Counted from the first letter of the stretch, positions 1-12,662 are shown. The stretch: 64,000 bases of DNA from an uncultured Bacilli bacterium (GCA_934101495.1 CAKORG010000001.1:8214-72213), one strand, 5' to 3'. The notes: generated from the letters alone by a model not told the origin. Numbers and translations: made by a program.

Positions 1-852
1 GCCATATTTGCCACCCATTATTACTTCATAAGGAGAAGCATTAACAAAGCCATAATTATATGTTACACTTTGCATACTATCTACTTCAGTATCAGTTATA
101 TTCATATTTTGAGTAAATGATTTAAATAAATTCTTATTATAAACATCATTAAATTTATTTTTCCACTTATTATAATATTTTGTTAAAATACTAGATAGTT
201 TGTCATCACTTACACTCAATGTAAAATATTTTTTGATATCACTAAAATGATATACAACTTTATAATCTTTACTTAAATAAACATCCAAATATTCCATTAA
301 AGGAACAAGCATGTAGTTACCTTCACCATTCATATTTTCAATTAGTTCATCACGTGACTCAAATTGGGTAAATGATACATTAGTTGCTTTTTTAATATAT
401 TTTGATACATAACTCAAATCAGATGATAAAATACCTATTGTTTTACCATTTAAGTTTTCTTCACTTGCTACTAAATCACTTGTTTTACTAACTAATACAT
501 AATGGTCTGTATAAAAAACTATATCATTATCGTTAGTACTTGTTTTTTCATTAAAAGTAATTCCACTTGGATTATTACCAACATTAAATGTTATGGGATT
601 GATAGTAAGTTCATATTCTTTTTCAAAACTATCAATGAAGTCATAGAAAACTCCACTACCATCTTTACCAAACACATTAACATTATTAATAACATTAATA
701 TTTTGAATTGTACCTATACTTTCATTAACCCAGTTTCTTTCTGCAACTGTTAATTTATTTTTATCATTTAATAATGTGTATAGAAGTATTGCAGTAATAG
801 CTACAACTAAAATACTAATAATTATAATAATTAAACTCTTCTTCTTTTTCAT
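1..852 (-). CDS. partial CDS, N-terminal portion only (gene continues past the window start): signal-anchor TM followed by an extracellular solute-binding-like (SBP_bac_3-type) domain; probably the sensing part of a receptor or sensor protein
   Basis: Minus-strand ATG at 852..850 (MKKKKSLIIIIISILVVAITAILLY...), open to nt 1 with no stop. Hydrophobic N-terminus, then periplasmic-binding-like segments (NLNGKTIGILSSDLSYVSKY..., GEGNYMLVPLMEYLD...). ATG overlaps the stop of the upstream 162-aa gene (TAATG). Not in the ORF track because the ORF is open at the window edge. Confidence 0.4.
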   Translation of the reverse strand, partial: MKKKKSLIIIIISILVVAITAILLYTLLNDKNKLTVAERNWVNESIGTIQNINVINNVNVFGKDGSGVFYDFIDSFEKEYELTINPITFNVGNNPSGITFNEKTSTNDNDIVFYTDHYVLVSKTSDLVASEENLNGKTIGILSSDLSYVSKYIKKATNVSFTQFESRDELIENMNGEGNYMLVPLMEYLDVYLSKDYKVVYHFSDIKKYFTLSVSDDKLSSILTKYYNKWKNKFNDVYNKNLFKSFTQNMNITDTEVDSMQSVTYNYGFVNASPYEVIMGGKYG

Positions 853-1340
853 TATTCTTCACTTTCTAGTGGGGTATTATTGTTCCAGACTAATCCAGAA
901 CCTGCCACATTTTTAGCTCCGAGAATTGTAAATCCTTCACTATTTTCACTTTTTTCACACTTTAATGTAAAACTAATATCATAAAATGACAATATATCTT
1001 CATTTAGTTTTTCTAAACTAGATGCTGCCAAATTCTTTGCATCTTCAAGTGATGTATCTGATGCAAAATTAATAATAATATAAATTATTTTCCCCTTAGT
1101 ATCCATACTTACTTTTGTAACACTTTTTTCACTTTCTAAGCTTGATTTATATTCACTTTTTAAAGTTTCAGTGACTGGATGCTTATCAATACCATTAAGA
1201 CGATTTCCATAAACACCTTTATTTCCTCCTAAAAAGAAAGAAAAAGTTACGATAATAATTGCAATTAAGCATATTATTAATATTATTCCAAGTACGATAA
1301 GTACTTTGTTATTCCCCCATAATTCTTTCAATTTTTTCAT
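852..1340 (-). CDS. hypothetical membrane-anchored protein (N-terminal TM, about 120-aa extracytoplasmic domain)
   Basis: 162-aa ORF with hydrophobic helix LIVLGIILIICLIAIIIVTF; lies immediately downstream of ligA on the same strand; no recognisable catalytic motif. Confidence 0.5.
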   Translation of the reverse strand: MKKLKELWGNNKVLIVLGIILIICLIAIIIVTFSFFLGGNKGVYGNRLNGIDKHPVTETLKSEYKSSLESEKSVTKVSMDTKGKIIYIIINFASDTSLEDAKNLAASSLEKLNEDILSFYDISFTLKCEKSENSEGFTILGAKNVAGSGLVWNNNTPLESEE

Positions 1341-1378
1341 TTTTCACCTCTTCAAGTAATATTAATTATACTATGTAT

Positions 1379-4258
<2,880 letters not shown>

Positions 4259-4262
<4 letters not shown>

Positions 4263-6346
4263 TTTCCTATCCTCCTTAAACCTTGATAATTATTTAAAAA
4301 TTTCTTTATACCAAATCTTTTATCAAAAGCAACTGTTACAAATCTTTCATCGTTATCTACAACGACACCTTTACCAAATGATGCATGCATAACAATTTCT
4401 CCATGTTTGTAATCAATTCTATCTCCTTCATAAAAGTTAGTTTTATTAAGTACTTTATTTTCTGTTTTACTTTCTTCTTTTTCAATTAAGTTACTATCTA
4501 TTTCTGCAATAAATCTAGATGGTGGATTCATATTGGTGTTACCAAATAACATTCTTCTTTTGGCATTAGTAATATAAAGTCTTTCTTTGGCTCTAGTTAT
4601 ACCAACATAACAAAGTCTTCTTTCTTCTTCAAGATTGCTTTCTTCATTTAAACTCATTGAATGTGGCATTATACCTTCTTCCATACCAATTAAGAATACT
4701 ACTTTAAATTCTAGTCCTTTCGCAGCATGCATTGTCATCAAAGTAATGGCATTATCAAGAGTTTGATGTTCTGATTGATCAGCCACAATACTTATATCTT
4801 CAAGAAAGTCTTCAAGATTTACTGTACCAGTTTCTTTTTGATAATTTTCTGTAATACTTTTAAATTCCATTAAGTTTTCAAGTCTTATATCAGCTTCCAA
4901 GGTATGTTCTTTTTCAAGTTCTTCCTTCATACCAGATTTTTCAAGCACAACATCAATTAATTCTGTTAAGTCCAAATCTTTAGCATCTTCAGTAAGCTCT
5001 AAAATTAGTTTTTTAAACTCAACTTCTTTTGGTTTAGATAAACATTTAAACATGCATTCATTATTATCCTTCGCTAAACTTCTTAAATTATTAATTGATG
5101 TATCCCCGATACCTCTTTTAGGAACATTTATAACTCTTTCTAGAGAAACATCATCTTGATGATTAGAAATAAGTCTTAAATAACAAAGTAAATCTTTAAT
5201 TTCTTTTCTTTTATAGAAATAATAACTGCCCACTACTCGATATGGCCAATTTACTTTTAATATGGCATCTTCTACATTTCTTGATTGAGCATTAGTTCTA
5301 TAAAGAATAGCAAAATCATTATAATCATACCCTTCATCAAGAAGTTTTTTTATTTCATCTACAACAAGTTTTACTTCATCTTTTTCATCATTACCTCTAA
5401 AATACTTAATTTTAACACCATTACCAAAAGTACTATATAAATTTACTTCTTTTCTTTCAACATTATTTTTTATAACACTATTTGCTGCATTTAAAATAGT
5501 ATTGGTACTTCGATAATTTTGATTTAAAGTAATACTTTTACTATCTGGATAATCTTTTTCAAAATTAAGGATATTTTTATAATTAGACCATCTAAATCCA
5601 TATATACTTTGGTTTACATCACCTACTACAAAAAGGTTACGATATTTACTTGCAAGTAGTTTAACTAATTTATATTGTACTTCATTTGTATCTTGGTATT
5701 CATCTATTAAAATATATCTATACTTTTCTTGATATTTGTCTAGTATATCATCATTTTGCATAAATAGTTCAACTGGTCTTTTTAATAAATCATCAAAATC
5801 TACAGCATTATTTCTTTTTAATACTTTTTCATATTCATGATATACTTTAACTGCCACTTTTTCTGGAGGACTATTTAAGTATTTATCAACTTCACTATCA
5901 CTTAACATCTCATTTTTAATAAAACTTATTTTATTTCTTATGTAGCTTACACTATATTCTTTAGTACTTATATCAAGTTCTTTCATTATCTTCTTTATAA
6001 CACTTGAAACATCATCGCTATCTATTATAGTAAAATTGCTTGTTAAACCTAACTTTTCTGTATTTTCTCTGATAACTCGAAGTCCAAAAGAATGAAATGT
6101 ACCCACAAAAGCATAGTTGTTTTCAACCATGTTACTTATTCTATCACGCATTTCTTTTGCTGCTTTATTTGTAAATGTTATAGCTAAAATATTTCCAGAA
6201 TAAATACCATCATTTATCATATTTGCTATTCTAGTTGTTAAAACTTTTGTTTTTCCAGAGCCAGCTCCAGCTAAAACTAGACATGGTCCTTCTTTATGTA
6301 AAACAGCTTCTTTTTGTTCTTTATTTAATCCATCTAACGTGTTCAT
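4259..6346 (-). CDS. pcrA: ATP-dependent DNA helicase PcrA (UvrD/Rep family)
   Basis: 695 aa; Walker A AGAGSGKTKVLTTR, DEYQDTN motif, UvrD C-terminal helicase domain; RBS GGGAGG 6 nt upstream of ATG 6346. Confidence 0.93.
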
Positions 6347-6397
6347 GTAGCCTCCCTATGTATATAAATAATTATATCATTTAATGAATAATAATAA

Positions 6398-6422
6398 AAG
6401 AAAAAATGGACTTTTTAGTCCA
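6398..6422 (-). terminator. rho-independent terminator of the 144-aa gene (stem TGGACT/AGTCCA followed by a T-run on the minus strand); the stop codon lies in the loop
   Basis: Hairpin tggacTTTTTagtcca at 6407..6422 with an A-run 6400..6406 on the plus strand (T-run on the transcribed strand). Confidence 0.6.
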
Positions 6423-6849
6423 TTAAATCTTTGGCATCACAATCTTCACTAAACGGAGAAAGTAAACAAGTTGTACATGTTTCATAATTTTTTTTTGCTT
6501 CTTTTGTGCCACTTACTAAACTTAAAGTAGCATCAAGTATTGTTGGTACCATAAATATTAAGACACCAAGAATAAATTTATTAATCAAACTGTTAGCTGC
6601 TACCATAATTGATTTTTCATCTTTTGAAATTGCTGCTTTTCCAAATTCAATAGAACCTAAAATAATTATAATCAAAGGAACTAATATTTTGATGATGTAA
6701 AGTATGTACCCAACTACTTGAAAAACTTTTAATGTGCCACTATTACTGCTACAGATATCAACTGGTGTAATTTCAAGGTCATCAGCAACAGCAATACTTG
6801 GTGTGAGTAAAACAATAAATAAGCTTAAATATTTAATTATTTTTTTCAT
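6415..6849 (-). CDS. small secreted two-TM protein; minimal member of a three-copy paralogous family in this window (signal peptide, conserved Cys, two TM helices, CxxC...C tail)
   Basis: 144 aa; signal peptide MKKIIKYLSLFIVLLTPSIAVA; segment DICSSNSGTLKVFQVVGYILYIIKILVPLIIIILGSIEFGKAA...KFILGVLIFMVPTILDATLSLVSGT...YETCTTCLLSPFSEDC aligns residue by residue with the C-terminus of the 489-aa protein at 38421..39890; own promoter and terminator. Confidence 0.6.
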   Translation of the reverse strand: MKKIIKYLSLFIVLLTPSIAVADDLEITPVDICSSNSGTLKVFQVVGYILYIIKILVPLIIIILGSIEFGKAAISKDEKSIMVAANSLINKFILGVLIFMVPTILDATLSLVSGTKEAKKNYETCTTCLLSPFSEDCDAKDLMD

Positions 6850-6880
6850 TATAAAATCCCTCTTTAAAAAATTTAAGCTT

Positions 6881-6909
6881 ATAATAACACATTTTTATAA
6901 AAACTACAA
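6881..6909 (-). promoter_or_regulatory. sigma-70-like promoter for the 144-aa gene: -35 TTGTAG, 17-bp spacer, extended -10 TGtTATTAT
   Basis: Minus-strand sequence cTTGTAGtttttataaaaatgtgtTATTATaagc... followed by RBS AAGAGGGA and ATG 6849. Confidence 0.45.
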
Positions 6910-6933
6910 GAAAAAATAGTTTTCACTAATTCT

Positions 6934-7467
6934 TTATTTTAAAATACCATATCCAAATTTAATATTGTCAAAGAATAAAAAATTATGTAATGGATAAAAA
7001 GTTAATATTATAAATAAAATCATTCCTAAGGCAATGATAATAACTGGTAATATGTTAATATTTAATTCTTCACTTTGAAGTATTTTTAAACTAATAAGTT
7101 CCATTAAGGCATAAACAATTAACATTAAGCTAATTGATACAAACATGGACTCACCGATAATCTTGTAAATAGGAATAAAAATAATTAAATACATAATTAC
7201 ACCAAGTAATGATTTAACCATACTACTTATGTAAAAATTGTTTATTTTAATTTTAAACTTATGATATAAAATAAATTCAAGAACTGATGAAAGTAATAAA
7301 CAATAATAAATTATTTTCATATGTTCCCAGATACTTTCATTTACTGGAAAGAATAAAGCAAAGAAATTATTGGGCAATAAATCATACATGAAATGCCATA
7401 AATAAGATAGTAAAAAAAGAAAAACAACATTAATTATTTTTATTTTCTTAATAGTCATAATAGTCAC
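6934..7467 (-). CDS. small polytopic membrane protein (about 5 TM), family unassigned
   Basis: 177 aa, almost entirely hydrophobic helices; conserved-looking FPVNESIWEHMK segment; located between scpB and the 144-aa family gene. Confidence 0.45.
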   Translation of the reverse strand: MTIMTIKKIKIINVVFLFLLSYLWHFMYDLLPNNFFALFFPVNESIWEHMKIIYYCLLLSSVLEFILYHKFKIKINNFYISSMVKSLLGVIMYLIIFIPIYKIIGESMFVSISLMLIVYALMELISLKILQSEELNINILPVIIIALGMILFIILTFYPLHNFLFFDNIKFGYGILK

Positions 7468-7503
7468 CTAATAAATAGTATGAACTATATGGATAAAAAT
7501 ATG

Positions 7504-8067
7504 TTATTTTTCTTCTTTATATATTGATGTAAATAATTCTTCTTCGCTTTCTTCATTTGATTCATTTATTGGTAAATCTGGTAAATCACTTATTGTTGCT
7601 AAGCCAAAATAATCTAAAAATTCGTTAGTTGTACGATATAAATTTGGTTTACCAGGTAAATTACTTTTACCACTTATTTTAACTAAATCTTTAGCCATTA
7701 ATTTTCTAATCATATTAATACTTGCAATGCCCCGAAGTTCATCAATTTCTGCCCTAGTTATAGGTTGATTATAGGCAATTATTGCAAGTGTTTCTAAAGC
7801 TGCACTTGATAAAGTATTTGTGCCTCTCGTAGTTATTAATTTTTGATAATATTCTTTATGTTCTCCTTTTGTAGTTAATTTAAAAGCATCACCGATAAAA
7901 CTTACTCTAATACCTCTATTTTCCTTATTGTATTCCTCTTGTAAATCTTTAAGAAGTTTTTGAGCTTCTTTTTTATCTACTTCTAAAACATCAGCGATAT
8001 TATCTAAAGTTATTCCTTCATCACCTACTACAAAAAGAAGACCTTCTAATATAGCTTCTTTATTCAT
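7504..8067 (-). CDS. scpB: segregation and condensation protein B
   Basis: 187 aa; LEGLLFVVGDEGITLDNIA... winged-helix ScpB signature; 4-nt overlap with scpA. Confidence 0.9.
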   Translation of the reverse strand: MNKEAILEGLLFVVGDEGITLDNIADVLEVDKKEAQKLLKDLQEEYNKENRGIRVSFIGDAFKLTTKGEHKEYYQKLITTRGTNTLSSAALETLAIIAYNQPITRAEIDELRGIASINMIRKLMAKDLVKISGKSNLPGKPNLYRTTNEFLDYFGLATISDLPDLPINESNEESEEELFTSIYKEEK

Positions 8068-8786
8068 AAATTCACTCTTTCTATATATATTTCGCTAAAA
8101 TTACTATCTTGTTTTAATGTAATTTCTTTTTGTTTACACATATCTAATATTGATAAAAATGTTGCTACTACTAAATCTTTTGTATATTCTTCAAAAAGGT
8201 CTGTAAATTTAACATTTTTTCTTTTAGTTAAATAATTTCTTATATATTCTTTTCTTTCTTCAACACTTATTTCTTTTCTAGTTATTTTAGTATTAATTGG
8301 CTTTTGATAATTCATTCTTTTTTGAAGTTCTATTAATGCTTCTTTTAAAAGTTCAGCATCCATATTACCTTCTAAAATTTCTTTTTTCTCAGCATACTCA
8401 CTTAAATTTTCTGGAAGCTTAGTAAAAAACTCATTTCTTTTTTCTTCAAGTTCCTTAAAAACACTTGTAATATTTTGATACTTTTCATACTCAATTAATT
8501 TATTTTTTAAATCTTCTTCACTATTTATTGAATATTCATCTTCATCATTTGTAGTTTCATCCTTTAAATTAAGTAGCAATCGGCTTTTTAAATGAATTAA
8601 CTCTGATGCCATTACTAAATATTCACTGGCATCATCTAAATCATCACTTGGAATACTTTTTATAAATTCTAAATATTTATCTATTATATATTTAGTATCT
8701 ATTTCATAAATATCCATTTTAGCTGTTTTAACTAGATGAAGAAGAAGGTCTAGTGGACCTTCGAAATCATTTATACAAAGTTTCAT
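8064..8786 (-). CDS. scpA: segregation and condensation protein A (kleisin)
   Basis: 240 aa; N-terminal FEGPLDLLLHLVKTAKMDIYEI motif characteristic of ScpA. Confidence 0.9.
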   Translation of the reverse strand: MKLCINDFEGPLDLLLHLVKTAKMDIYEIDTKYIIDKYLEFIKSIPSDDLDDASEYLVMASELIHLKSRLLLNLKDETTNDEDEYSINSEEDLKNKLIEYEKYQNITSVFKELEEKRNEFFTKLPENLSEYAEKKEILEGNMDAELLKEALIELQKRMNYQKPINTKITRKEISVEERKEYIRNYLTKRKNVKFTDLFEEYTKDLVVATFLSILDMCKQKEITLKQDSNFSEIYIERVNL

Positions 8787-8795
8787 AATATCCCC

Positions 8796-9737
8796 CTAAC
8801 TGCATGTATAACCACTGGCTGTCATTTCAAAATAAATAACTTTGGCATCTGTTCCGTACGAATATATTGATTTCAAATTCATTGCGTCGTTTTTAACATT
8901 TGAAAGATTTATTGTAGTTTTAAATTTTAAAATTCCATTTTCAAGTGTTATATTTGATGATACACCCCCAATATTGTTGTATGTTGCTTTAGATATTTGA
9001 TAGTTGTTATATAAATTATTAAAGTTAGGGTCGCTTGTGCTTACCTCATATATTAAATTTGTTACATATACTTTGTTACTATTTAGTATATATTCTAATT
9101 TTTCATAATTCTTATTGTTTGTACACGTCATGGTTGCAATTCCTTCTTCTGTTACATTAACAATATGAGATGGGTATTCATTTTCAAGTATTTTCACTAA
9201 AGATATAGTAGTTGTCATAGTATCATTTAAATCATAACTGGCATCCGTTTCAGAGTTTGGACTCAAAATATCTTGCAAATAAATTCTTTGAAGCAATTTT
9301 TTGTTGTCACTATATAAATTTACAAAATAATGTGCATCTTTTAGTTCTAAAACTTTGCTAGTTAAATTCGTAATTTTGAACTTAATTGTATTGTTTTCAA
9401 TGTTGAAATTACTTATTTTAAAACTTTCTTCTGTTATTTCAAGATCATTTGCTATTTTGTATTCTTTTACTGATGTTTCATCTTTTGTATCATCATTTTT
9501 TTTAGCATCGTTGCTAGGTGTATTTGGCACTACCACTTCTGGATTAAGATAACTATTTATGTATGCTGATATTTCTGGTAAGTATAAAACTCCAGCGACA
9601 AATATAACAAATATTACAAATATCCATAAAATTCCAAAAATACTTGCTTTCTTTTTATCTTGTACTACAGCTAAAGTTGTAGGTACTAATTCTTCTTCTG
9701 AAATAACTATTTGTTTTTTCTTAGCCAATTTAATCAT
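8796..9737 (-). CDS. hypothetical membrane-anchored extracytoplasmic protein
   Basis: 313 aa; single N-terminal TM (ASIFGILWIFVIFVIFVAGVLYL) then an Asn/Thr-rich extracellular region; 9-nt gap to scpA, so probably co-transcribed. Confidence 0.5.
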   Translation of the reverse strand: MIKLAKKKQIVISEEELVPTTLAVVQDKKKASIFGILWIFVIFVIFVAGVLYLPEISAYINSYLNPEVVVPNTPSNDAKKNDDTKDETSVKEYKIANDLEITEESFKISNFNIENNTIKFKITNLTSKVLELKDAHYFVNLYSDNKKLLQRIYLQDILSPNSETDASYDLNDTMTTTISLVKILENEYPSHIVNVTEEGIATMTCTNNKNYEKLEYILNSNKVYVTNLIYEVSTSDPNFNNLYNNYQISKATYNNIGGVSSNITLENGILKFKTTINLSNVKNDAMNLKSIYSYGTDAKVIYFEMTASGYTCS

Positions 9738-9850
9738 CCCATTTCATTCTATTTAAATTATACTATAACTTCCATTTATAAACAAGAAAAATTAAGTAAT
9801 TTAGTCAAAGAAAAATACTTAATTAATTTAATTTAAGTATTTTTTCAATT

Positions 9851-10372
9851 CTATTTAATTAAACCATTTTGAACGTATTTTGTTTCATTTATGACGACGA
9901 AAGCATCTGGGTCATTGCTTCTTACTATGTGAGTTAGAGTTTTTAGTTTTGACTTATTAAGCTGAATCATTAGCATCGTTTTATCCTCATTATCTTGAGG
10001 ATTTTTTAAATCTATTGCTGATACTCCAAAACCTGCTTTTCTGATTTTTTCAAGCATCTTTTTAACTTTACTTGTTTTTGTAGTAACCTGAACACCGATT
10101 AAGCCATCCACAAAGTTATTTGATATAAAACCTCCTAAATAAGTTCCTGTTGCATACCCAGCCGAATAACATATTGGGATTAGTATTGATGTTACATCAG
10201 TTGTTAGTGCTTCTCTGGCTACTAAAAACCAAATAAGGACTTCAAAGAAAGCTATAAGAGCTGGAGTAAATCTTCGGCCTCTTACTACTAAGACAGTTCT
10301 AATTGTTCCCAAAGAAACATCCATAATTCTCGCAAAAAATATTTTTATACATAGTAATAGCATATTTAACAC
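9851..10372 (-). CDS. UPF0316 / DUF2179 family membrane protein
   Basis: 173 aa; N-terminal ARIMDVSLGTIRTVLVVRGRR...FFEVLIWFLVAR closely resembles the UPF0316 (B. subtilis YebE-like) signature. Confidence 0.7.
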   Translation of the reverse strand: MLNMLLLCIKIFFARIMDVSLGTIRTVLVVRGRRFTPALIAFFEVLIWFLVAREALTTDVTSILIPICYSAGYATGTYLGGFISNNFVDGLIGVQVTTKTSKVKKMLEKIRKAGFGVSAIDLKNPQDNEDKTMLMIQLNKSKLKTLTHIVRSNDPDAFVVINETKYVQNGLIK

Positions 10373-10376
10373 ATCC

Positions 10377-10643
10377 TTATATATTTATTATTATGGTCAG
10401 AATTATTAAAATTACAAGTACAATTGATATAATTATTAGTCCAAGAACTTTATTTTCCTTGACATCTCGATATTCTATATTATTTTGATGTCCATATTTT
10501 TCACTTAATAATGTAATTCTTTCAGCATTTTTATCTTTCATCTTGTTTTGATAATTTATTTGTTTTTGGTCCATTAATGCACCACAGAATTTACACACCA
10601 TTCCATCATTTGGAAGTGGATTTCCACATCTATTACATTTCAT
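10377..10643 (-). CDS. zinc-ribbon domain protein with a C-terminal TM anchor
   Basis: 88 aa; CNRCGNPLP...CKFCGAL (two CxxC pairs) then hydrophobic LGLIIISIVLVILIILTIIINI; 4-nt overlap with the upstream 671-aa gene. Confidence 0.55.
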   Translation of the reverse strand: MKCNRCGNPLPNDGMVCKFCGALMDQKQINYQNKMKDKNAERITLLSEKYGHQNNIEYRDVKENKVLGLIIISIVLVILIILTIIINI

Positions 10644-10646
10644 ATT

Positions 10647-12662
10647 TTACTCCAATGTTTGTCCTATATAGGTAATTTTAGCATATCCGTTTCCGCTGTG
10701 ACCCGTCTCATCAACTCCTAAAGGAGATTTGAAAGAGCTATTTCCAGCAATTGTTTGAGCACTAGTTAATTGATAATCTATATTAAGTAAATATCCATTT
10801 GGAAGAGTTGCTGAATTGGTATAAACGAAACCAGAGCCACCACCACCGCCACTTGCAGCGTATTGATTTGTGCCTGACGTTGTTGCGTATCCACCGGCTC
10901 CGCCACCATACCAGCCGCCACCGCCGCCGCCTGAGTTACTATAGTTATTTGATGTTGATCTTGCATTTCCTGCAGCTCCACCTTGAAAAAAGGTGCCATC
11001 ATTACCATTATAAGAACCATAAATACCTTTACTTCCGCCAGATGTTTGCGTTCCACCTTTTGCAGTAGATTCCTCTGCATAAGCAGTTCCATTGCCGCCG
11101 TTAAGCCCGCCGCCGTAACCACCGGCTCTACCAGAATAATTAGCTCCGCCACCGCCACCGCCGGCAACAATAACACGAGCTAGTATATCGTCATTATTAA
11201 TTCTTATATCAGTTCCACCACCACCGGAACCTGCCATTTTATAGCCTGAGTTTCCACCACCATTTACACCACCGGTCTTAACGCTTGCTGTTGTAGTACC
11301 GGCAGCGCCTTGACCACCAGTGTGTATAAATACGTTATCGCCCTTATTTAAGTATACTGTTCCAACAGAATATCCACCTTTGCCCCCAGGATAAGTTGTT
11401 GGAGAAGAATAAGCATATCCACCTTCAGCACCCCAAACTTCTAATTTGTAATAACCGGAAACTTCGATTAATTTTGATTGAACAGCACTTGAATAGTCAA
11501 ATAATCCGTTATAAACATAATCTGTTACTGATGTTGTAGCTAAAATGCCAGACCCGTTGCCAGATGAGTCTACAGAATATGCTTTAAATGTAAACTCAGT
11601 AGCAGGAGCTAAATTTTCAAATGTATGGTTTGTTGCAGTACTTTCCACATATGTATCACCATTATCTTTAGAATAATAGTATTTAGCGGGTGTAAGCCCT
11701 ACATTACTATTTGTTAAATTTATAGTTACATTTTGTCCACTTACAATATTTTGCATACTTTCAAGAATTGGACCAGAACCGACATTTAAATATGCCACAC
11801 AGTTAGTTCTGTTTGTTGCTGAAATAACAACCTTTTGATTTTGTATAGACATTGTTGAAGTTCCTGTACATGCAGATTTACTTCCAAGTTCGTAGAAGTT
11901 ATTGGTTGGTATTTTGTCTACTTCAAAGTATGTCGTTGAACCTTTCTTAGATTGAACAAATATTTTTAGCGCAATATCTACATCCATTGCATCCATATAT
12001 GCCTTACATATCGCACCTTTTTTTTTGGCATTAACCGTAAAGTTTTGTTTATCTGTGTTGTATGTTACTATTGTATCTGTTACATGAGTATTTAAATCAT
12101 TTGCATAAACGCAGTATGACATACTACTATTAAATTCATATCCAACTGATGGAAGCTCTGTTGTTTCGAGTTTTGTATAAACTCCATTTCCTACTCCATC
12201 ACTATCGACATTTTCAGCATAAACTTCTAGTGTTATATCTAAACTTGCAGTTGACTTGAAATATAAATAGCAAACGTCATGACCAGTAGCATCAATACTT
12301 GCATCAAATGAATCAGAATTATATGTTATCTTTGCTCCGTTTGTACAATAGCTCATGCTTGCTTCATATTTATAACCAGCTTTTGGTATGTATGGGTATA
12401 CAGAATAGCTATTAACCCCATTTCCATTAGTATCCCTATCTTCAGCCATAATTCTAATATCCAAATCAGGAATTTTTGGAGTTGTACTAAGCAAAATTGG
12501 GGTTGTATCAATAACTTGATAAAATGCATATGAAACTATTAATCCTACACATGCTAAAATGACTACTATTGCTATACTTACTAGTAGGATTTTATATTTA
12601 TTTAAAAGATTTGTTACATCTTTATTTAAGGCTTTTTTTAATTTTACGCGTAATTTATCCAT
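10647..12662 (-). CDS. membrane-anchored surface protein with internal about 85-aa repeats, an FN3-like segment and a C-terminal glycine-rich domain (ALK/LTK-type Gly_rich-like)
   Basis: 671 aa; N-terminal TM ILLVSIAIVVILACVGLIV; duplicated motif (AEDRDTNGNGVNSYSVYPYIPKAGYKYEASMSYC / AENVDSDGVGNGVYTKLE...SMSYC); C-terminal 250 aa with runs such as VIVAGGGGGGANYSGRAGGYGGGLNGGNG. GGN codons give a local GC spike and spurious overlapping ORFs. Confidence 0.7.
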   Translation of the reverse strand: MDKLRVKLKKALNKDVTNLLNKYKILLVSIAIVVILACVGLIVSYAFYQVIDTTPILLSTTPKIPDLDIRIMAEDRDTNGNGVNSYSVYPYIPKAGYKYEASMSYCTNGAKITYNSDSFDASIDATGHDVCYLYFKSTASLDITLEVYAENVDSDGVGNGVYTKLETTELPSVGYEFNSSMSYCVYANDLNTHVTDTIVTYNTDKQNFTVNAKKKGAICKAYMDAMDVDIALKIFVQSKKGSTTYFEVDKIPTNNFYELGSKSACTGTSTMSIQNQKVVISATNRTNCVAYLNVGSGPILESMQNIVSGQNVTINLTNSNVGLTPAKYYYSKDNGDTYVESTATNHTFENLAPATEFTFKAYSVDSSGNGSGILATTSVTDYVYNGLFDYSSAVQSKLIEVSGYYKLEVWGAEGGYAYSSPTTYPGGKGGYSVGTVYLNKGDNVFIHTGGQGAAGTTTASVKTGGVNGGGNSGYKMAGSGGGGTDIRINNDDILARVIVAGGGGGGANYSGRAGGYGGGLNGGNGTAYAEESTAKGGTQTSGGSKGIYGSYNGNDGTFFQGGAAGNARSTSNNYSNSGGGGGGWYGGGAGGYATTSGTNQYAASGGGGGSGFVYTNSATLPNGYLLNIDYQLTSAQTIAGNSSFKSPLGVDETGHSGNGYAKITYIGQTLE
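12018..12026. repeat. T9/A9 homopolymer inside the coding region of the 671-aa surface protein gene (encodes KKK)
   Basis: cacc-ttttttttt-ggca seen directly; coding-strand A9 in ...NAKKKGAICK... Confidence 0.8.

Noticed and set aside
502-753. Plus-strand 83-aa ORF at 502..753
   Set aside because: Antisense to the edge-truncated solute-binding-domain gene, which has a coherent protein-like translation; low-complexity product
10778-11183. Three ORF-track entries (10778..11176 -, 10799..11068 +, 10983..11183 +) and a GC-rich island overlapping the 671-aa gene
   Set aside because: They lie inside the glycine-rich coding region. GGN codon periodicity raises GC and removes stop codons in alternative frames. 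The translations are low-complexity (His/Arg/Leu-rich) with no RBS, so they are not independent genes or foreign DNA
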